From Eledone cirrhosa (lineage: Eukaryota): DNA of 64,000 nucleotides. Both the position numbers and the translations under genes were made by a program. The notes below the pieces were generated by a model, which was not told the origin of the DNA, did not search any database, and saw only the letters and a program-made list of their open reading frames with translations. This document shows, piece after piece, positions 54,956-64,000 of the stretch (position 1 is its first letter; the number at the start of each line of letters is the position of its first letter). Where the stretch lies: contig OZ024742.1 of assembly GCA_964016885.1 (NCBI GenBank), positions 90,954,001 through 91,018,000 of the forward strand, given 5' to 3'.

Positions 54956-54999
54956 TTGATAATTCTTTCTTTTTAATTTTAACTTTCAAATGGGTTCGA

Positions 55000-57040
55000 G
55001 TCCCTGGTCTACGTTTATGAAAGAGTCAGCGAATCATTCTGCCTGATTTGCAGTTGTGGTGGCCCACATATGCATAAACAGAAAATCCACTTTCTAAAAG
55101 AGGGAAACTTTGAAATAAAACCTGCGGTTGATGTGATTACTGGTTATTTGGCTTAGGCTTGTCACCAGGCAATGATCATTGAAACATAGAGAGTAGTGCT
55201 CGTGTAGTACAGGAGTCTGCCACTATAATCCAATGATGTACAGTTGCCTCTTTTGTGATCTTCTTATCTGTCATTTTTACAGCTGAAAGTCCTATGGCGA
55301 TAGAGGGGTGGCGACGTGTGCAGACCTGACCAGTTGGAAGCATATAGTTGCAAATTTACACATAGGCGGCAGCTGACCGTATAATGAAGTTGTGCAGTCC
55401 ACTTGCATGTGGGCGATGTGCAAACATTCTGTAAGTTTATGCTCCAACTCTCCTGGCCAGTGAAGAAAGAATTATGACATTCTATGAATCTCTTCAAGCT
55501 ACAACTGCATTTACTCCGTCGAAGAAAATGTGATCATTCTTGTTGATTTCAATGCCTGAATTGGCAGATACCATGAGGCATGGGATGCACTAGGCCATTA
55601 CGGCTTCGGTAAGATGAATGCCAATGGTTTGAAGCTGCTTAAGATCTGTTCGAAACTCAACCTAGCAATTTGCAATACATTCTTCCGCCAAAAGAAGAAG
55701 CATGAAGTTACCTGGAACACCAAAGGTCAAAAGATGGCACATGATAGAATTCAGAGTAACCCGAAGATGCGACATGAATGATGTCTGCAATGTGCACGTT
55801 ATGCGTAGTACAGAATGCAACTCAGGCCATAAGATGTTTCAGGGGAAGTTTAAATTACTTATTCGGAAAAAATCTCGTATGTGTGGGATCAAAACATTGA
55901 CGCGTATTGATGTTGGAAAGTTAAAACAGCAAGATGTACGTGAGGCGTTGAACAAACGTTTGAATAATATTGACTTCGATGGAACGTGGATAAATTTCAG
56001 GGATCAATTGTATACAGTAGGAGAAGAAGAACTTGGATTCAGGGCGAAAAAAGAACATAAAGTGTGGTTTGATGATAATCTAGTTATCAGCCAAGTATTA
56101 AAGAAAAAACATACTCTTCATGAAAAGCTTCTAGGAGAGTGCCCTATGAATTTAACTGCTATTAAATTGACATAGAAAATATAAAACCACCTTACCAGTA
56201 AACTGAGAAGGATGAAAAATAAATGGGGTTGAAAATCTCTGAAGATATTCAAAGTGCTTATAGTGCAAAGGATTCAAATTGTTTTATAGTCTTTTGCGTG
56301 CAGTATATGGTCCAACAACTTCGTCTATTGTTCCCATAAGGTTCAAAGACGACACTTCCATCATCAGGGAATCAGAGAAAATGTTTAAGCATTGGCAAGA
56401 TAATCCATTATCAGTTGATCATGATATGCTAGATGGCATCCCCCAATGTGTTGTAAATTTTACGATGGATCGATTATCAGATTCTAATGAGGTTAACATG
56501 GCCATGAACCAGTTTCAAATTCAAGGTGTTCCAAATATTAATTAGAGAACTCCTGTATGCAAACGAAGTTGACTTTCTGGCTCACTCTCAAGATGACATG
56601 CAACACATCGTGGATTGTTTTGCAGCTTCTTGTAATGCCTTTGGCATGAACGTTAATCTAAAAAAGACCAAGGTAATGTTCACCCCACCACCAGCATATA
56701 TTGAGCCAAATATAATGGTGCATGAAACTAGGTTGGGTGTAGTTGACACTTTTGTTTACCTGGGTAGTGCATTATGTGTGGGGTGCAAAAAGTTCGGCAA
56801 ATCAATATCTGGTCTTAAAAAGGCATATGAGGGTACATAAGGATGACATCCCACAAACTGATCCAATCAATCCAACAGAGGACACATCTTTTGTCTGTTA
56901 CATTTGCTGCAGAGTGTGCAAATGTAATGCTGGACTTCAAAGCCACATAAGGGCCATGGACGGACGTTTGTAGTTGGTGATGATTGATAGGGGTGCATGG
57001 GGAGACAACAATCATCTGTAAAGATGAAGCAATCATCATA
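55000..57040 (+). mobile_element. Decayed, internally deleted RTE LINE
   Basis: DFNA, NANGLKLL, CNTFF.QKKKH, RELLYANE, FVYLGS, terminal CYICCRVCKCNAGLQSHIR. Confidence 0.7.
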
Positions 57041-57221
57041 TATGTATATCATAGCTGGATAGCGTGGAGACTCAAAGCTCCGTTGGCAGGCCTAATGTAT
57101 ACATGGCTCTGTGTGGGATCGACTGTTGCGTTTAATCGTGTTCTTGGAGAATTTTGGATCAAGGTGGATTTGATCATTTTTAAGTTAAGGTGAATGACGC
57201 TCTTAGTTGATATTATTTATT

Positions 57222-57298
<77 letters not shown>

Positions 57299-57427
57299 GA
57301 CGTAAAATAAGAAAATTTTAAAAATTAAAAATCAACTTACTAAAATTTCCACTCCACATTTTCACTAACATATATATTTGCTAGCATGGGTATACATCTG
57401 TATACATATGTTGGTAGATATACTAAT

Positions 57428-57495
<68 letters not shown>

Positions 57496-58045
57496 CCATA
57501 TATGTGCATACATGCGCTTAGATATAAAGACATAAAAAGATAGATAGAAAGAATGGTGTTGAAGGAATGCATTAATGTTGCATAAATATATGCAAAAATA
57601 TGTGAATGAGTGTATGTATTTTGTCCTATAAATTTGTGTATTTGTGTATGTATATATGACTGATAACGTAATAAAAATCCATATAAATGTGCTGAACATA
57701 CAATATTAAAAAAAACGTTTAATATACAGAGAAATTTGTACATAAGATTTGATGAGATAACATAATTTTGACTAACATTTGATCAGTTAACATAATGTTG
57801 ACAAACTTTGCAATGTGTCCTGAGCAATGAACCGGACGCCCTGTTTATATGTAATGCCGGTAAATAAGTAAAATGTAAAGAAAAGACAAATTATTAGTGA
57901 TTTCAGCCTTTGACTGTGGTAATGTTGGTTCATCTGCATAAGGTTCCTTTCAGCCTTTAGATTAATAGTTGGTATGGCTATCTTCAATCTGACTTTAATA
58001 TGTCTTCAACCGGTCTCCTTTTACGATCTAGAATCTAAATCGTAA

Positions 58046-58335
58046 AAGGTATGGGCAACATTTTCGAGAAGCGGGCCGCATGAGATATGGCTCATCATCA
58101 GGCGGGCCGCAAGCGCTAATTTACATTCGTGCCCATATTTTAAAAAAAGGGTGTAACTCAGGTTGCCTTTATTTGTCTCTTCAGAATTCGTACACGTTGT
58201 TTTCCTCAATCGTAAAAATGATAGAAAGATAAATTACAACTGACAATTAGGGATAAACAAATCAGAAAGATTTCACTTAGGTGACTTAGGCGAGCCATTC
58301 AGAAAGCTTCGCGGGCTGCAGGTTGCCCATGACTG
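58046..58335. mobile_element. hAT-like MITE
   Basis: Imperfect TIRs AAGGTATGGGCAAC / GTTGCCCATGACTG; repeated subterminal GCGGGCCGCA; no clear target-site duplication. Confidence 0.5.
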
Positions 58336-58459
58336 ATTTAGATTCTTCTACATTTACTGCATACATATCAGCTGGAGTTGGAAGGACATTAAATTAACTG
58401 TTTCTTTGAATGTTAGGATATAGAAATACATAGATTTTAAAGGAAAGCGATGGGGAAGT

Positions 58460-59610
58460 ATGTTTGATACTCTGTAATTGTCACGATCACTCAATAACAA
58501 AATTTGCTGCTAGTTTGCTCTCGCATCTTCCACGGAAGTCATTGAGTATTTCTTTTTTTTTCAGACCAGAAAGTCTTAAACAGAAAGTCTTAAAGCCACT
58601 TTTCAGACAGTGCCTGCAAAACTACCAAATCAAAATATCACCTCTTCTGGATAGACATCTCACCGAGAAGGATACACCTTTGCTATTCCTAGTCAAGAGT
58701 TAATTACTAAATGCTTAATGAATAAGAGAATTAAGAACATCTGCAATGTTGGGTTTGAATATGTTGATTGCACCACTTACATTATCAGCAGCTGTCCAAA
58801 TGTGCTCTCAAATTGCGTTTTTATCAGAGACGACATACTTGCGAAAACTATTTAAACTGGTACCCGTAGGAAGGATGGATCTGTCATGCATGTCGAAGGC
58901 ACACCATAACTAAAATATATCCGCTCTTTTCAAAATAAGGAATACAGGTGGAACATCAAAATAAAAATAGCAACTCGATATCAACATTGCAGACAATGTA
59001 TTTCGATGGAACCAATGTTGTAGAAGTCAGCTGCCCACTGATTGTAAATATACCGTCTACGGTTGACAAGAAATAAAACAACCATGGTGAGTTAAAACTA
59101 AACATACATCTTTTGTATCCTGACAATAGACTCTTGTTCTTATCTATTAACTTTGGTGCACTAGGCCAGTGCTTCTCAAACTATCTGATGTGGCGGACCG
59201 GCATTTTTATTTTTCAATGTGCCACGTACCGCTAATATTTCGTAGTAATATTAATTCATACCGGAAACGATATATATAATGAATATAATAATAGTTGACC
59301 ATTTTTTTATCTTCTATCTATTTTGTAAACAAATAATACAATATCAAAACATATGAAAAGGTAATAAAAAAATTCCTCAAATATTTCCTTAGCATGGCCT
59401 GGACACTGGCCGCGTACCGGTAACTCATGGCTCGCGTACCGGCACCGGTCCGCGGACCACCACTTTGAGTAGCACTGCACTAGGCTATGTAACTACACAT
59501 TTGAATAATCGCCTGGGAATGCTGGGTTTTCCAAGAAAGGAAAATGCAATGTAACATGTATCCTCCAAGACTTGCTGTTAATATGCATATGATATTCAAA
59601 CATTTTGCGT
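58460..59610 (+). mobile_element. Old R4/Dong-like LINE 3' remnant
   Basis: VVEVSCP at about 59017; FGALG|YVTTHLNNRLGMLGF across the MITE matches IGALGYVSNCLN..LEKLGF of the young copies. Confidence 0.6.
59167..59477. mobile_element. hAT (Charlie-type) MITE with 8-bp target-site duplication
   Basis: TIRs CAGTGCTTCTCAAACT / ACTTTGAGTAGCACTG; CACTAGGC at 59159-59166 and 59478-59485. Confidence 0.9.
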
Positions 59611-60197
59611 TTTAATTTCCTTGGATGAATATAAGCACACAATTACCTGCATTTATATGACACACACACGCACATACATCATAACAGGTACATACACAAG
59701 CACACACATATGTACTAAAGATAGACGAACACTAATAATATGAGCACCTGTATCTATATATATATATATGCACACATAAATCACTCAGTTATTTAGGAAT
59801 AGCTGGAATTGGTTTGTCAAAGAAAATATAATTGTCACTTTTCTAGTGACCGGCTTGAATTCTGCACGAAGCGGGCAAATATATCTCAAAGACAAATGCA
59901 CATAGAGAAAGACAGACAGATAGAGAGACAGTCAAAATCAGAACATTATGAAATACCGATTAACGAAGTATTCATTCGTATTACAGGATTCAGAGATAAT
60001 ATTTAAGAAAATGTACGTAAGTAAAATTTGGGAGGGAGTCAAATGACAAAACCTGGGGAATATGCAGCAGCAGCAGGTAAACTTCGAACATATAATAATC
60101 ATTTCAACACGGAAGAAAATAGAGGAAATATATTCTTTCCAAAATCACCGGAGCAAAGATTAATTATTTAAAATTTTCGTTAAATTCACCGGGAGGT

Positions 60198-60282
<85 letters not shown>

Positions 60283-60317
60283 CTTGCCTCTCTCTCTCAC
60301 ACACACACATACATACA

Positions 60318-60394
<77 letters not shown>

Positions 60395-60401
<7 letters not shown>

Positions 60402-60676
60402 TTGGTGCTCTGAAATAGCGATATATATATGAATGTATATATAGTGTATTTTGCAATACACTGTATGCTTAATTAAAAGCATTTCGAAGACCTTACGCTA
60501 TTGTTTTAAAGTAATGACACTTACTTTAAATTTTCAGCAAACAAGGGAGATAAAGCTGACAGAGCTCTGTTTCGTACTGATTGGTACTTATCAAAGCCAA
60601 GTACTCCACCTATTTGCTGAAAATCATGAATGTTTGATTCTTATAGAATTCTAGTAATAATCAGGAACTGATTATA

Positions 60677-60678
<2 letters not shown>
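60395..60678 (-). mobile_element. Family B relative (single arm) between (TA)n arrays
   Basis: ATTGGTGCTCTGAAATAGCGAT and GATTCTTATAGAATT.TAGTAATAATCAGGA are shared with 45752-46392. Confidence 0.75.
60555..60597 (-). ncRNA. Type I hammerhead ribozyme, U3-A8 variant, GUC site
   Basis: GCT-TTGATAA-GTAC(caatca)GTAC-GAAA-CAGAGCTCTG-TC-AGC. Confidence 0.7.
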
Positions 60679-60730
<52 letters not shown>

Positions 60731-60736
<6 letters not shown>

Positions 60737-61091
60737 AAGTGAGGTTTTTTTTACAAAATGAAAAATTACCGGTGTCCTACACCAGTGAAAGTATAACGAA
60801 AAAAAGATGAAATCGAAAATGCAACTGGAGTCTTATTTTTAAAAAAATATATATATTTATTTGGTTCCTTTACCGGTTTCGCACTTCTGCTTTTCAAAAG
60901 TAGAGTTGAGATGGAGGGTCTGTGGTTTTTTCTCACATCAGATGTGAGAAAAACCACAGACCCTCCATCTCAACTCTACTTTTGAAAAGCAGAAGAAGTG
61001 CGAAACCGGTAAAGGAACCAAATAAATATATATTATATATTTTTTTAAATAAGTCTCCAGTTGCATTTTCGATTTCATATTTTTTTCTTTA
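60731..61091 (-). mobile_element. Fold-back element family I with a U3-A8 HHR motif in each arm
   Basis: Inverted about 60940; HHR motifs at 60867-60900 (-) and 60979-61015 (+); unique tail 60731-60790. Confidence 0.85.
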
Positions 61092-61265
61092 TATATATAT
61101 ATATATGTGTGTGTGTATGTATGTATGTATGTATGTATGTATGTATGTATGTATGTATGTATGTATGTATGTATGACATATGGCCATACTCGATAACGAG
61201 GGGGCAGCCATCATCATCATGTATGTATGTATATTTGACTGATAACGTAATAATATGTATATATA

Positions 61266-61382
61266 TGGGAAAAGAGTCAGGAACCTGGCGGCTGAGCTCA
61301 GCCGTCTGGGTCGTGACTCTTTTCCTATTACCCACTCTACTACCCTAAGTATTGAGTACTCTGGTGCGTTATGGTCCACCTG
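61266..61382 (+). mobile_element. Fold-back element family H, third (shortest) copy
   Basis: About 31-bp imperfect arms centred on GCTGAG|CTCAGC (61296/61297); same tail as the 15025 and 33250 copies. Confidence 0.7.
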
Positions 61383-61697
61383 TGAACTACCAAACCCAGC
61401 AGGGATTCATTGAAGTGTGGCAGGAAGGACAGTTGATGGTCAGTGTGACAGTACCTTGCTCAAAATATATGATGACGTAGAAAAACAACAGCCAATAGCA
61501 GGACGAGCGAAGAGGATGTTTTTTTACGCTAACACCCCAGTGAGAAAATTTGATCCGAAATTATTAGAAGTGTCCGACGAACCTGCAGATCCAGAATCAG
61601 ACAGATCCACACAATGATCATGTCTCGAGCTGTCTAACGAAGAAACAATTGTAACACACAATAAATTGAGTTCAGATGCATCACTGATTTTTCATTT

Positions 61698-61807
<110 letters not shown>

Positions 61808-62116
61808 GCACACGCGTGCTCGCGCGCGCGGACGCTCTCTCACACGCACACACACACACATATATATATATATATAGTATGCACATTTTGCACTGTGCAA
61901 ACACTGAAAAAGGCAAGTCACAAATGCACTTATTTATCATTCTATATCGTGGAAACCATGGTCTGGAAAAATGTGCAATTACCTTCATTGCAAATTATCT
62001 TTGTAGAGTACATATTTACACGTTTAATATATTTAAATCTTGCCTCATTGAGTGAATAATGAGACTAACGGGGCGATACTGAATATTGTTTCCTATGGCC
62101 TGTTTAACTATAGACA

Positions 62117-62366
<250 letters not shown>

Positions 62367-63052
62367 ACGCAGTACATTTAAGTGGAAATTGGATTGGATT
62401 TTTTAAAGATAATCAAACAACCTGTTATATTTCTCAGCTCACTCTTACGACCTCTCGCACAAAATTACCGGAAGTGATAGATCATATAACCTTAAAATAA
62501 ATGTATAAATAAAACAAATCACATTGAGGAAATCAGTGAAGAAGAAATTAATGAAAACATGTAAATACAGATGAAATAAAAAAAAAACTTAGATACATAT
62601 GATGAAAATAATAACTAAACAGAATATTCAACAACAATAGAATAAGGAAATACCTTCAATTAGAAATAAGAAAGGAGGAAGCACAAAGTGTAGAAAAATA
62701 ACTAGAAAATGAAAGGAGAAAATGTACGCCCAGTGGATATATCGTAAAATGCCAGTTGTGTTGCTCAAGTTACGCTTTGCTTGAACATAACTATGGGATA
62801 CAAGCCACAGATATATGTTTTCACGTGTACAATATCCACCGTTAGATGACACATATATTTTACACTATATACTACCACCAATTCAATTAAGAATTGCACG
62901 CAGCAAGTGTCGCAGTGCACAGGTCTGCGCATTGCTGTCCTCTAGTTCTACTAGAATCTGCCAAAGATTTTTCAAATTTCATCTTACCGTCTTAAAACAG
63001 ATAAAACCACCTTAGAAATAATATGTCGGAAACAAGAAATATGCCAAAAAAT

Positions 63053-63235
63053 AATTGTTTCTACTTTAGGCACAAGGCCAGCAATTACCCAGTGCATTAC
63101 TGGTACTTTATTTTATCGACCCCGTAAGGATGAAAGGCAAAGTCAACCTCGGCGGGATTTGAACTCAGATCGTAAAGGGACGTAACTATGCTGGAAAGCA
63201 TGGCGTCCGAACCTCTACCGATAGTACCAATCCAC
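63053..63235 (-). mobile_element. SINE family E
   Basis: Near-identical to 25174-25290 (TTGTTTCTACTTTAGGCACAAGGCCAGC...GAACTCAGA). Confidence 0.8.
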
Positions 63236-64000
63236 GATCATGGCTTGAATGCTGGTTGACGAAATTAGGCAATGGAAAAATATCCAAAGAAACATAAACA
63301 CTAATACGTTATCAGGTAACGTCCACATTTTGATGACAGTTGGGAAGTAAGTTGAACATTTTGACAGCCTATGATTATGGGGATTCGCTTGAAAACACTC
63401 ACATACGCGCACACGTTCAAACACACATACACCCACATGCTTAGATATTGTCGGGGCCTTAATTTTCTAGTAACGTCATATGATTCTCCGACTGTAAAAT
63501 TGAAGCAATATCTACAGCATAGAAAAAAGTTTAGCAACAACGATATCGACAGTAGTAGCATAAACAACAGAAGCCATATGCGAATCAAAGTAAGCGCCTG
63601 TGTGTGGTCGCACTTTGTGCTAGAATTAACACTCGAATCTCACTTTAGCTACATCTAAGTGTCCAAAAAGATCTCATTGGTTAATGTAGATTATTGCTAA
63701 AGAATGAATTTGATCGCCGTGGCCTGAATGTGTTCTGTGATACGTTTACTCGATCAGAACTAATTTGAGTATAAACAACAGCATCAATAACAAAATATAT
63801 AATAACACATATAATTAATTTTAATGAAATTATACACAGCTAAATTAGAAAATTAGAGGGACTTCTGTTTAATTGGCTGTAATTAGATATCTTGAAACAT
63901 ATATAGTGAGTGTGTCACGATTTTACTCTCAGCTGACAGTGAGTTGTATGAGAACAATATTCCACTTGTTAGTGATGTGGGAACCGATTTCGCACCTATA

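Noticed and set aside
61383-61690. Coding-like stretch fused to the family H tail (ORF 61417-61617)
   Set aside because: No recognisable motif; probably a fragment of another element but cannot be assigned.

Overview
AT-rich, microsatellite-saturated eukaryotic DNA; the SINE and LINE content suggests an octopus/cephalopod intron or intergenic region (inference). No confident host protein-coding gene: almost all listed ORFs are translations of (TA)n, (TG)n or (CATA)n repeats or are retroelement fragments. Recognisable elements are decayed Tx1/L1, RTE and R4/Dong-type (RLE) LINEs, three GIY-YIG Penelope-like element (PLE) remnants, tRNA-derived SINEs, hAT and Tc1/mariner MITEs and a Helitron 3' end. 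The main unannotated signal is about 16 minimal type I hammerhead ribozyme (HHR) motifs, folded by eye, from roughly 8 sequence families. They include a 482-bp-period retrozyme-like tandem array at 22.0-23.8 kb, cores with the U3-A8 compensatory pair, and a recurrent U.U pair closing stem II. Many sit in asymmetric fold-back elements embedded in (TA)n arrays. R4/Dong-like LINEs instead occupy (CATA)n arrays, some of which appear to be tails of RTE elements. All coordinates and folds were read manually; no searches were run.
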